This document shows positions 1 to 13,273 of a stretch of DNA of 64,000 bases, in pieces (the first letter of the stretch is position 1; each line of letters begins with the position of its first letter). Both the position numbers and the translations under genes were made by a program. Origin of the DNA: Chrysomallon squamiferum. Lineage: Eukaryota; Animalia; Mollusca. Below the pieces are notes generated by a model that saw nothing but the letters and a program-made list of their open reading frames with translations, ran no database searches and was not told where the DNA came from. Location: contig CM022679.1 in assembly GCA_012295275.1 (NCBI GenBank), forward strand, positions 23,312,001-23,376,000, in the 5' to 3' direction.

Positions 1-72
1 AGAAAGTGTTCGTGTCAATTCGGAAAGACACGATAAGCAACGAACCTGATCGATATTAACCGAATCAACAAA
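1..72 (+). repeat. Diverged ~70-bp dispersed repeat, copy 1
   Basis: Aligns ungapped with 3540-3611 (tgttcgtgt.aa.tcgg...gacacga.aa.caacgaa...gatcgatattaa.cgaatc.acaaa). Confidence 0.75.
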
Positions 73-1665
73 CAGCCGTCTGGTCTGAAGGGAACGTCTG
101 TAACTAATCAAGTTAACATTTCGAGAGCTCGGCGTTTAAGTGACATAATGTACTTAACAGTATACATATTTGTTGTGTTTCGAAATACTTGCTTGTGTAA
201 AATATAACACGTCTGTATATTTCCATACTTGGAATAGAGAAAATAAGGTCCAGTTAATTGGCCAGAGAGAATAACGTTTCAAACTTCTTAATTAAATAGT
301 TCTTATCTTTCCCTAATTTAATGTAATGAAAGAAAACCGATAAGCTGGTCAAGTGAGATAACCCTATTGTATAATGATGCCTGTCATTCAAAGTAGTTAT
401 CTCCCGTGATTAATTCTTCGTAAACGCAATAAATCGATTTATTTTATCGACATATGCCTAATTTCCTATAAAAATTACGTGCCGGTGCATCAAAGGAGAA
501 ACGAATAGCGAAAAAAGTGAACATTATTTTTATTATAATCTTCAGGCGCTTTTTATTTACTATTTTTAAGATGAGATAATAATGCAGTCTTTGCGAGAGT
601 CTGTTTTGTATGTGAGAGTGTTTGGAAGTCTGTTCGAACTTAATTACAGTTATAACTACTTTTAACATATAATCCACTAATTAAATCGTACATCAGAGTC
701 TTTGATAAATAGGAAATACAGTCAAAATATTATTAGATCTAGCTGTTTTATAATACCTCAGTTTGGGAGTGCTACCGGTCCTAAAATATACCTCGAATGA
801 TGCCCAAACTATTTCTGTCATTATACGTCTGGATACTACCACAACAACAACAACAATAACAACAACAATAAAAATAATAATAATAATAATAACAGTTATA
901 ATAATAAATATATAAATAAAAAATATGTGTATGTGTGTGTATGTATAGATAGATAGCTAGATAGATAGACAGATAGACAGACAGACTGAGATATAGAAAG
1001 ACAGATAGAGATATATTAGTAAATGGGTTATGTAATGGGCCGCAGACAATGCAATACATTCGAGTATCGTGTATTTGGCTGAAGAATCAATTCCAGTTTA
1101 TTCCACGATTTATTTGTATAAATTAGTGATACAGTCTTTCCTGTCTGCGGAAAGGCGCATACAAAAGATAACTTGCTGCTAATGCCCGTCTGATTACATT
1201 ATGACGAGAATTCCATACATGCGTTTCATGCTTAACGACAATGGAAATTAAATGTGTCGATATAATACATAAGAATTACATTCGATTTACATATTATAGC
1301 AATATTATAACATATTTACAACTGAATAGCATTGAATCGAATATTAGAAGTGTACTGAATCGAATATTCCAACAAAAAAAAATTAAATTTTACAAATTAA
1401 AATTAAAAAGATTAAATAAAAATGTGCTTAAATTGGTTATCGGTGCAGAGTACACAAGCACCAGAAAACACAACATTACCTTAAACACAAATGTACGTCA
1501 TGCCGCCCACCACGGAATGAGGTAACAAACTGGCGGGAAGCTGACCATATAACCTAATGCATCTATCCGCATTCTGGGAAGATTACAGTGTTGTATTGTT
1601 ATGACATAGTTCCACATACTGCGTAAGCCTGTTAAGTATTATGTGGTTACTCCCATGTCATTTTG

Positions 1666-1694
1666 TATATAAACTAGATGATTTTAATTCAGTT
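1666..1694 (+). promoter_or_regulatory. Core promoter of the Gly/His-rich gene (TATA box + initiator)
   Basis: TATATAAA at 1666-1673. TCAGTT (Inr consensus TCAKTY) at 1689-1694, about 25 bp downstream and about 55 bp before the ATG at 1749. Confidence 0.7.
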
Positions 1695-1748
1695 TCATTA
1701 ATTTGTGATTACTTGAAAGAAAAGGGAAAGAAAAACAGAATTTGAAAA

Positions 1749-2029
1749 ATGAAATACTCCTGCATTATTTGTATAGTTGTTGGTAAAATTTATTTTAGTT
1801 TATTTTATGACGTAATGTAATTTTTATTACATCTGTAGAGATCTTGCAGTAGTCTTCATTTCACTTGCTTGTATTCTTCTTCTTCTTTTTCTTCTTCTTC
1901 TTCTTCTTCTTCTTCTTATTATTATTATTATTATTATTGTTATTATTATTATTTTGATTTTGATTTATAATTAGTTTTCTCTTATCTTAATTTTGGTTAG
2001 TATTTAATGATAATTTTTTAACTCTATAA

Positions 2030-2066
<37 letters not shown>

Positions 2067-2479
2067 GTTATAATAATATGCCAAAAATAAATCTACTCTT
2101 TTAAATTAATCTTCAGTTATAGCTTTACTGGTAACCCTCCAAGATGTGAACTGCTATGGTCACGGGGGACACGGACACGGTCACGGTGGGCATGGACACG
2201 GTCACGGGGGACACGGTCACGGCGGACACGGTCATGGCGGACACGGACACGGTCACGGCGGACACGGACACGGTCACGGTGGGCACGGACACGGTCATGG
2301 CGGATACGGACACGGTCATGGCGGACACGGACACGGACACGGCGGACACAGACACGGTCACGGCGGACACAGTCACGGGGGACACGGACATGGTCACGGG
2401 GGACACGGACATGGTCCACGGAGGTCACGGACATGGTCACGGAGGTCACGGACACGGTGGATATGGACATCATGGCTAG
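1749..2479 (+). CDS. Secreted glycine/histidine-rich repeat protein (2 exons: 1749-1782, 2117-2479; ~131 aa after removing one extra C at ~2416)
   Basis: Exon 1 reads MKYSCIICIVV+G|GTAAAA. The acceptor TCTTCAG|2117 continues in phase, giving signal peptide MKYSCIICIVVVIALLVTLQDVNC and then YGHGGHGHGHGG... The GGHGH/GGHGHGH repeats continue in the shifted frame after 2416 to ...GGYGHHG and TAG at 2477-2479. Synonymous third-position variation among repeats supports coding. Confidence 0.85.
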
Positions 2480-2601
2480 ATTTATTAAAAATACATATAC
2501 CTTTGTTTAATTTGCTATCGTAGGTTATATTTTCTCTCTTCAGAATATGTTACTGATTTGTGCTGGTCACAAAACGAAAAAATGTCAAATGAATTTGAAT
2601 G

Positions 2602-2607
2602 AATAAA
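2602..2607 (+). terminator. Polyadenylation signal of the Gly/His-rich gene
   Basis: AATAAA about 125 nt after the stop, followed by T/GT-rich sequence (tttggtttctg). Confidence 0.6.
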
Positions 2608-2665
2608 ACAAAACAAAAATCTGAAATTTGGTTTCTGAAATTATTACCCGCATTTATTCACGTTC

Positions 2666-2666
<1 letters not shown>

Positions 2667-2724
<58 letters not shown>
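2667..2724. repeat. (GT)n microsatellite
   Basis: Perfect dinucleotide run. Confidence 0.95.
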
Positions 2725-2725
<1 letters not shown>

Positions 2726-3211
2726 TTTGTCGACGATGACTGCTGCATTTGAAACGATTGCTTGTTTTCTATGTGCGTGCATGTTAATGTATGCAGACAG
2801 TCGGATATGGATTTGAGATTTCCAAGCATGATTTTATTAAAATTACCGTAGCTATGCATTAATATCTAATCATTAAGGTGTCTAACTGGTTCTCTAATAT
2901 CTCTTTGGGTAATTGATAATCGATAATCCATTACTATTTTTTTTTTTCAATTTTTTTTTTTTTTTTTTATCATATATGTTAATGTGTCAGACAAGTCGTT
3001 AAAAAAAATTAATAAAAAAATAAAAAAATTAATCTGACATTAGAAGCCACTCTTACTTATAGATGTTTCACTGAAAACTGCTCCATGTTTGCAAATTTAA
3101 AATCTAATAAATAACAAAAGAAGAAAAGATATGACTGAAAAAAACGAAATAAAAAGCAAGAAAGAAAGCGTTTAGAAACATATCAGGGTCTCTTTTTCTC
3201 TTTTTGAATTC

Positions 3212-3212
<1 letters not shown>

Positions 3213-3302
<90 letters not shown>

Positions 3303-3303
3303 T
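3213..3303. repeat. (CT)n microsatellite
   Basis: Near-perfect dinucleotide run. Confidence 0.95.
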
Positions 3304-3539
3304 ATTTTAGCAACAGTCCCTTAGCCAAAACCTCAAATCAGTTACCATCTGCAAATAAATTAATGTAGTTCATAACCCCAAAATGCTTTAAACGCCTAAG
3401 TATTGTTCAGATCGTTCAAATTACAAAAGAAGAAGAAGAAGAAAGAAAAAGAAAAGAGTAGAAGAAAGAAAAAAAAAATCACCGCTGGCTGCGGAACTTG
3501 TAAACTAATCTTCATCAACTAATTGATGTATTATCAACA

Positions 3540-3611
3540 AGAAGCTGTTCGTGTTAACTCGGCATGACACGAAAACCAACGAAGACGATCGATATTAAAC
3601 GAATCGACAAA
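3540..3611 (+). repeat. Diverged ~70-bp dispersed repeat, copy 2
   Basis: Direct-orientation match to 1-72. Confidence 0.75.
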
Positions 3612-4129
3612 GAACTATCAAGGGACAAAAACATCCAACAGACAGTCCTATAACTGACAGTTTGGAGAGTATAGCATGACAATTATAGGCAACCAGATAA
3701 GGATAGAAAATTAGCCAAGTCAGTCTTGTTATAAAAACGTGGACACTAATTCTTTACTGGATGTAAATACTCTGTGTATGTATCTTTGTATGTGAATCTA
3801 TGTATGTGTAAACGTACGCATGTGGGTATGTATGTGTGTGCGTATGAATGTATGTATGTATCAGTGCTGAAGTATGTATGCAGATATGCAAGTGTGGATA
3901 TATACATGGAAGTATTATCTACGTATGAATGTATGTATGTATGTATGTATGTATGTACGTATGTATGCCATAAGTATGTTTTAAAAATTGCGGCTCAAGT
4001 GAAATGTTGAATTTAATTACGATTGTGGCATTTCTATTTCAATTTTGATTTTTACACTTTCACACAACCAAATACAAACACAAATACAAATACAGAGAGA
4101 CAGATACATCTACATACATACATACATAC

Positions 4130-4238
<109 letters not shown>

Positions 4239-4329
4239 TTGCCTGCCCTTCATGTCAAGACATAATTATCTGTTAGATCATAATCATGGTAAATATAATA
4301 GGTGTTTCATTCGTTTTTTTAATTTTCTT

Positions 4330-4610
4330 TACGCTCCTTCATTAACTGGGTTTTCGACCGGTACACTTGACGATCAATGAACGTGTTCATTTAGAGGAGA
4401 ACGTGAAAGAAGTTCTAGTTGCTGTGACCTCGCTAATGTTTTCCCGCGGGCACGTGGACAGCGCGTAATCTGGCGTTATTTTTAGAAACACGGAATTGCT
4501 AGCTTCATTGAACAGATTGTGGGAGGATCAACTCGGCAACAGTCAAAATTGGCCGTCAATTCATTTCTGGGCAGCCTTTGACCAGCCCTGCCTTGGTTAC
4601 CCATGTAAGT
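4330..4610 (+). promoter_or_regulatory. Candidate CpG-containing promoter/first exon of the rhomboid gene, ending at a perfect donor
   Basis: Local CpG enrichment and an E-box CACGTG near 4452. Donor AT|GTAAGT at 4605-4610. CpG-depleted DNA begins shortly after. Confidence 0.45.
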
Positions 4611-5673
4611 ACAGCTTTGTTTTCCATTTGTTCTAGTGCATGACATTTTCATCTGTTATCGATTTTTACCCATTTTCGTTTGCTGTTTTACTGTTTGTTG
4701 CACTATGTTGCGTTCAAATGTTTTTGTTGGAAAAAAAAAAAGAAAGGAAAAGAAATGGTATTATAGATTTCACATGCTTTGCCCTCTCGGTTTTTCCAGT
4801 TGTTAATATTTCTTGACATGTATTTATTTGGTTATAAATCGTGTCAAAAAAAAAAGAAGAAGAAGGAGGAGAACGGGAAGGTAATTCCAAGCGATAGATC
4901 CTGGTAGATAATAGTTTTAATTTAAATGCCATTGGTAATCCTACACGTGGTTAATTTGACAAAATGATGTAAGGGAAGTAACTCAATTTCGCACCTTCTG
5001 AGATCAAATCGATAAGTTCGTTTGAAATTTGACCAAATGGATATTTTATCTAGTAATTTTGTTTTCCAAATATAAGACGGAGCAGATATTATGATCAGGT
5101 TTTATTTGACTGAAAGGGGTTAATGTTGTGGGTTTTTGGTGTTTTTTTTTTTTTCTTTTTCAATTTAATTTGACCGCAAGAAAAAGAAATTAATTCTGAA
5201 AATTCGTCAGAAAATTATTTGGGTCAGTGTCCACTTGTGGTGAGTAATAATGAAATAATGGGCTATCTGAGGTACTGTCCAGTCTTATAAGGTTATATGG
5301 TTTCGTTCAAATTCCAATACTATCAGAGACAATGGGTGTATTGATTGATCCAATCAGTGTTCCCAGAAGATGTTGCCCCTAGCGATTCTTCAGTATCTGT
5401 GCCAAACTTTCATTACTTAAGATTAGTAATCAAGAACTGTCAGAATAAGTTGATCCTGCAAGTTTTATCTACAGGCAGTTTTGTTCATCATTAATTTTGT
5501 AACGTAGAAGTCTGGAAACAGGATAAACCGTTCAAATCCTGATAGGACATGATACATACGCACACACAAACATGCATATGTACACAGACACACATACTAG
5601 CATTTATATATGTATGTATGTACACATATTTATATATATATACACATACATATATATACACATATACATACAT

Positions 5674-5679
<6 letters not shown>

Positions 5680-5757
<78 letters not shown>
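5680..5757. repeat. (TA)n microsatellite
   Basis: Perfect dinucleotide run. Confidence 0.95.
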
Positions 5758-5767
<10 letters not shown>

Positions 5768-7808
5768 TGTTACTATCTACTGTTTGTATGTTAAAATGTA
5801 TTTCTGTGTGTGTACATGTCTTCTTGGTGGGTTTTTTTCAAATTTCTGTGATGTTTTCACTTCTTTATGCAGTCATTTCACTAAGTTACTTCATTTAGAA
5901 AGAAAATAAATGAAATGAACCTGTAATGACACATTTGGTGATAATGTTTAGAGATAAAACTTTGAACTTTTTAAATCAGATTCTGGAACAGCTTTGATGC
6001 TGAAAACCATTACCGTAGTGATTATGTCCCTTTAGAATCATTTAACTGAGTCGATAATACTTTCATTACAACTTATTACATTATCAGACAAAGCAAACAT
6101 CAGCTGTTGGCATTTCAGCTTGTAGAACTTTAAGAACAGTCTTACAGATAATATTATTCCTTTGAACCTGTTCCAAATTACAGTTATCCAATGAAAATCC
6201 ATTTTACTGCTGGGAAATGAATTATCCAATGAGAAATATGTTCACTGCCAAATTGTAATTAACCAGTGAAGACCCTTTTCACTTTTCATTAATTTTTTTC
6301 TCCAAAAGAGTGCCATTGTTATGACTGACAATGAATGATAATGACACACCCATGAGTCAGTGAGATGGTTTCAGCTGATTAAATCTCAGTCTGCTTCTTT
6401 GTTAACAGTGCATTCTTTAACACAAGCAGGAATTAAGGATGCAGTGGACCTTTGTTCAGTATTTGACAAAAAATTATTTGTGCTTTTTAATTATTTTTTT
6501 TTAATTTATGTCCTTTATTGCTGCTGTTACTACTAGTACAACTGTTATTACTACTGTTTCTACTAGTACAACTGTTATTACTACTGTTTCTACTACTACT
6601 ACTAATAATAATAATACAGCTAATATTAATACTAACACTAAAATTAAAACTACAAATACTATGCCTGCTTCTACTATTAACACCACTACTACTATTACCA
6701 ATGCAAATACAACTATTATCATATTTATTGTTAGTTCTCCAGTTACTTTAATCTTATTACTGTAAGTACCACTAACACAACAATTACAGCTACTTCAACT
6801 ACTACAATGATTAAAACTACTATAACATCTACTCAGATTACTGCAACTACAACAACTGCTATTACAACTACTATATCTACTACTACAATTACTGAAACTA
6901 CTACAACTACTGCTATTACTATTACCACCACTACTACAACTACTACTACTACTACTGTTTGTTATTTTAAAATTTTCATAACACAATTTTCAATTTATAT
7001 TTTAAAAACTACAAGATGGGCTCACCACCTACTTAATCACTAAAACAAACAATTTTATTTTATTTTATTTTATTTTACATTTTTAACATGGCAGCATGAA
7101 CACTCTGTTAATGAAAACATTTCATTAGGCTGAGTCTTCCTCTCATTTTCTTCAGTGTTGATGTACTGTGATCCATTCTCCAGGCCATGTCAGCCCCTGT
7201 TTTCGGGCTTAGAGGATTTTTTTGTCAAAAATCAATTTTAAACTGTTGGACAATTTGGCTGACAGAAATATTTTGTGCTGTTATTTGTTACTCTCTGTTC
7301 AAGGCTGTGGAGTGGGTTGTAGCCCTTGTGAAAGAATGTGTTTAACTTCTGTCGGAAAATGCTTGTTATGTGTCACTCAATATTGATGAACTTGAAATAA
7401 TTTGGTGGGTGAGTGCTGTCCTGTTGTAGAAATGATATTTAAAAAAAAAAAAAAGTTAAATTAAAGATAATTGGTGAGTATTAGGGATAGAATACAAAAA
7501 TTGTAAAATAGTCTTTTTTTTACTGTTTGTGATTTATTATTATTATTATTATTACTATTTTATTGATGTTATTATTACTATTACTACTACTGCTACCACT
7601 ACTACTTTGATTGTTATTATTATTATTACTATCATTATTACAATGCTGCTACTACTACTAATACTACTACTAGTACTATTAAAAAAAAAAAATTCACACT
7701 TTATTAAAGCTAAATTTTTTTATCAAATTAAAAAACCCCCAAAGATTACCATTTTTAAAAAAAGCTTCAAACTACTGGTAACCTTTCTTTTACTTAATCA
7801 TTACCATC

Positions 7809-7847
<39 letters not shown>

Positions 7848-10800
7848 CTTTATTATTGCAAAAGAATATGCCTAGCAGTCATTATAAGTAATTTTGTATC
7901 TGATGTAAATATATCTGGAGTCTGGTTAATATAACAGTAATGAAATATTTTCAAGTGCTGGTTGTCATAGTGGTTTCAGACATGATTATGCAGGTAACTG
8001 ACAGAGATTAGTTGGGGTTTTTTTTCTCTCTCTCTCTCTCTCTCTCTCTATAAAATATTTAAAAAAAGAAAATTTTGATTCAGTTTCACGAAAGGTAGAA
8101 GATGTTATTTAGGGTTCAAGCATACTGTATGGGTTTATCATCATTTTTTTTTTTTTTTTTTTCAAAACCTAGATTCATTTTGTAGGCTATATGGTAGAAT
8201 GTTAGTGCTGTATTTTTTTTTTTTTTCAATGACAAGATTGTAATAAAATTATAATTTTAATTATATGATGTATTACCTCACTGCTCTTCATTTGAATAAT
8301 ATGAAAATATATCACTGGATTTACAAATAATACTACTAATAATAATAATTTACTGCTACTACACCTATTACAACTACTACTACTATTACTATCGCTACTA
8401 CTAATAATGATAATAGTAATTTTTTTACTGCTACTACTACTATAACAACAACTACTATTGATAATAATAATAATAATGTTACTACTATACTACTACTTCT
8501 ACTACCAGTACTACTAGTACTGCTACTAATAATAATACTAACTTTACCACAACTACTACTACTAATAATAATTTTACCATGATACTTATATTTCTACTAC
8601 TACTACTACTTTTACTATTAATAACAATAATAATAATAATTTTACAACTACTAATAATAATAGTAATAGTTTGTTTCACATGATATTTCTGACCTAAAAG
8701 TTAAATTCACAGAACAGATTCTGACATTCTGACCACTGTCTATCTAGGACAGAACATGTGCCACTAATGAAATATTTACACCGGTTTTCACAGATTACTA
8801 AGCTTTATAATCACTTCTCTGCCTAAAGAAACAGTGTAAGACCAATAAACCAGTCAGGCTTATGAGAATTTCCTGTCAAGACAGATTCAATTTAGAGTCT
8901 TGGAGGACCATGAGAAATTTGAAAATTTTGTGTTAAACGAAACAGGATTCGTGTTAATATTGCCACCAGATCTATCTTGTAGATAGAACTTGATGTTGCC
9001 ATGGAAATGCGAATCGATCTGCGAAGTGCACTTGTAATGATTCTTAAATTCAGATTATGAAATATTTATAATGTGCGGAGAATGGTGTTGGAAGTTATAA
9101 CTGTCACACTATACATTCATCACTTGTCTACTTAATTGTTCAGTGTTGGAATAAATGAATAAATTTTGTAACTTCATCTTGATACATTTTTAAAGTGTAT
9201 CTTTAGTGATACAAAGAAGTAGTCTAAATATATTCTGCATGCTTCCAAGATATTTATTCTTTATTATACATTTTAATTACCACTGTTTTATTTCCTTTTT
9301 CCTTTTTCTCTCTCTCTTTCTTTTCACTTCATTCACTTAAGTATTCAATCATCGTCTCTGTCTCTGTCTAATATTTTACTTTTCACTACAAATTTGATTT
9401 TTTTATTTCTTTTAGTTACAGCAAATTGGGCTGTACTAATTATATATTTTGGAGGGTATTGTTTTGTTTTTTTAGGCATTTTGGGGTGGGGTATTTATTT
9501 ATTTATTTATTTTCATCTTATTTTAATAATAATGAAATTTAAGAACAAAAAATATACAATTCGAAAATATCAGATTTCAATCATATTTCAATAGATACAA
9601 CATCTTCAGTTTTGTTTCTAGAAAAAATGCACCTATCAGTCCAGTGATGAAAGGGTAAAACAGCAGAGATAAAAATGTTTTGTAAGAATGTTACTGTATT
9701 TCATATATTGATTATGAGTAATGGCAGGTCACTTAAAACAATAAAATAATAACTTGAAGGTTATCAAGAACTTTATTACACCATTTATTTGTATGACCTC
9801 AGACACTCCTTAATACAACCAGTTATTACACGTCAAACAATGTATTTTTAATATAATGATGACAGTAGAGAAGAAACCCACAGTTACCACTGCAAGGGCA
9901 ATTCCCAAAGCAGACATTTCTCATTAACCAGAGAAATAGCCAATCCAGATGAGTGAGAAGTAGCCCTATGTTGGAAATCCATTATAGACCATTCAACAAA
10001 GTGAGAAACAGCCCAGTCAGAACAACATAGAAATTTGAAATTTGATACAAGAATTATAGCTGTTTGTCAAAACACTGTTTTTAAATATGAAAAATTATTA
10101 AATTTGATTTAAGCAATACGAGTGTGTATTTAAATTTTAAAACAAGAGTCCAGGCTTGATTATTCTTTTTTTTTTTTAATTCAAGTTTTAACAGATCTGC
10201 AAATATATATGTAGGATTTATTTGTTTATTTGTTTGTTTGTTTATTAATTAATAAACATAGTTATTTTCTTTTTCATCAAGATTATTTTTTTTTATCTTC
10301 AATATAATCTTCTGCACAAGAAAATATAGTCCATCTCAGACAGCTGAAAATCTTGCAAGAACTCTTCACCTAAAAAAGGATAAAATTTAAGTGACGTTTT
10401 CTAAGGGAGCTAACTTTGTAATGATGCAGAACTAATGATTATTGATCTTTTTTAAAAGAAAAACACAAAAAAGCTCTCAGTGTTTTCTTCTTTCTGTAGA
10501 AAACATGAACCAGAAAATGGATTCTTTTTTTCTTCATTTGTTTTTAATCTTTTCCAATCTTTTACTGTTACATATTTATTATTTATTTTTTTATTATTTT
10601 ATTTTTATATATTTTTTTATTTTTTTTTTTTTTTGTAAATTCTTTTTAAAACTCTTTTTTTTTATTTTCTTTAATATTCATTCACATCATTCTTCTTTCT
10701 TTTCATTCTTTGTTTCCTTCTTTCTTTTTTCTATCTTTCATTTTTCTTTTGTTCTTTTCACTTTCTTCTGTCGTGATTTTTTTTTAATTATTATTTTTTT

Positions 10801-11949
10801 ATTTTCCCCAATCTAATTATCCATGTAGTGATGTGTCACTTTCAGTTCTGCCACAGATGTAATTAACTCTTTGGCTGTTGCGGAGATCAAATTCCATGTC
10901 TCTGCTTTTGATTTGCACATTTTAAAATGTTTCTTTGTGCTTTATGTGACAACAGGGTCAGTGGTGTTCACAAACTGTGTGAGTCATAAAGGGTGATGTG
11001 AATTCCAACAGAGAAAATAAATAATAAAATGGACGGATTATTTTTCTAAAAAAAAAAAAAAAATGAAAAGAATAAATTAATTAATAAATAATAATGTTGA
11101 TGATGATGATGATGATGTTTACAATGATAATAACAGTTTCAATAATGATAATGATGATAATGATTAAATTAATGATGAAAATAATAATAATGATATAATA
11201 ATTTAGCTTAATAATAAGAAGAAGATCAGCAGCAACAACAACACCAATAATAATAAACTTAATAAATGAAAATAATAATAATAATAAATTAACAATAAGA
11301 ACAACAGTAATATTAACAAATAAAAATAATATATAAATAATAAATCAGAGAATTTATTTAGTTCCCTCATTCACTGATCACTAATATTTTTAAATTTATT
11401 TGTTTATCTCTCTATTCAATTTTTTTCTCTGTCAATAAAATTTGTTTATTACTTTATTAATGAATAAATAAAAAAAAAAAAAAAATAAAAATATATATTT
11501 ACTGTTTTTATCTACTGTAAAAAGAATGCATGCATGAATTCTCACATTTTATGATTACTCAGTCTTTACTGATTTCTGTTCACTCAGAGACTTCGGGAAA
11601 GTAGTGTTAACAAAAACTCTTAACAGCGTTGGTCAGTGCACATGAATGTAAGGAAAAAAAATGTAAAAAGAGTCTAGCAGTTTTTTCTTTTAAGATATGA
11701 TTGATATCTTAAGGTAATAATTTAAGAATAAAGAAGTCAAAATTTCATTGAACATTGATGCATTCTGCAGTGTACCCATATGTTCATAAATATATCCATA
11801 TGCACAGTATATTCATGCAGTATTGATTTTTTTTATCCATCTTTTTTACTTTTTTTTTTTCATTCACGTATTTGTTTATTTTACTGTCCATTTATTCATC
11901 CTTCAATCCATCCATTCATCTTTGCACCTGTCAAACAATCTTCCATTTA

Positions 11950-12070
11950 TCCTTCATTCTTCCATTCATTCATTCATCCATTCATTCATTCATTCATTCA
12001 TTCATCCATCCATTCATTCATTCATTCATTCATTCATCCATCCATTCATTCCCCTGTTGATTCATCCTTC
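11950..12070. repeat. (CATT/CATC)n tetranucleotide repeat
   Basis: Visible tandem tetramers. Confidence 0.85.
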
Positions 12071-13008
12071 TGACTATCCATCCATCCATTGATTCAGTCT
12101 TTTTTTTTGTCCTCCATTTATTTACCATTCATTTACTGTTATGCCTAAAACTGATTCCTGAATGTCCATCTCCTGTCCATCTCTGGTCACCATGGTGACG
12201 AGTAAATGAAGGCTATTATATCCCAAGTCTATTTTGTGGTGGTAATTTGACCAAACAGTTTCTCTGAGATGTTAGTTTGTCAAAGACTTGGTAAGTATCA
12301 GTTTCTATAAAGCTATGGCAGTTTGATACTGTGATGATTTTACAGAGAAAATAAATTAATTATAATACAGTGCTGTTTTTAAGATTATAAATATTTTTTA
12401 TTTAAAAAAAAAAATTGTAAAGTTGTAATTTGCAAAAGAACTTGTATTAAATAAAACTATCTTTTAGTAAATATCATTCAAATAATTACACAGATAGTGC
12501 TATCCAGTAAACTGATTTCAATATATCAGATTTCAAAATAATGATATTAAACTCAATAAGCTGCATTATGATGTAGCCTTTTGACTACGGATGTCAGACA
12601 AATGTATTCAGCTGCAAGAAAACCTGTTTTAGAAGTATAATTAATTTTTAAATACAGTTTTTTCTTTCTTTATTTTTCATTGTTTATTTTTTATTTTAAA
12701 TAGATATCTTGTTAAGTTTTGATCTAGAAAATCAGAAAACTGAAAAATTCCAGACTTGCTGAACAAATAGTCTGGTACTTGTACTTGTTATTAAGGTGCC
12801 TGTAACAGGTTTCTTGCAGCTAACTGGTGACTGTATTTAACATGATCATCATACAAAAACCTCATGCATGTATGGAAAGCACTGGAATCATAATAAAATT
12901 TCTGTTAATAATAATATTTGTTATTTTGTCATTAAACAAAAAAGAAAGAAAGAAAAAAGTTATTCCTCTGTTATTTAATTCTTGTTGTTGTTGTTGTTGT
13001 TCTTGTGA

Positions 13009-13079
<71 letters not shown>

Positions 13080-13157
13080 GCAAACAGGAAGCGATGTGAG
13101 AGACAAGAGAGAAAATTTATTCCAATGCTGCCTTGCCAAAATGGCTGACTGGGAACC

Positions 13158-13232
13158 ATGGCAACCATCAACACTCGGTTCCCAGTGTCAGAGTTTGACA
13201 TGATCATTTTACAGACAGGAATAGTGGTTGAT
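13158..13232 (+). CDS. Rhomboid candidate first coding exon ([25 protein letters not shown])
   Basis: Kozak accATGg, 25 codons, phase-0 donor GTAAGT at 13233. Upstream acceptor AAACAG|13088. Confidence 0.6.
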
Positions 13233-13242
13233 GTAAGTACAT

Positions 13243-13273
<31 letters not shown>

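Noticed and set aside
2117-2479. Alternative-frame and antisense ORFs over the GH repeat (TVTADTD…, RVRRDR…, VSVSAVT…)
   Set aside because: These are shadows of a 3n-periodic repeat. Only the Gly/His frame links to a signal peptide exon and shows synonymous third-position variation.
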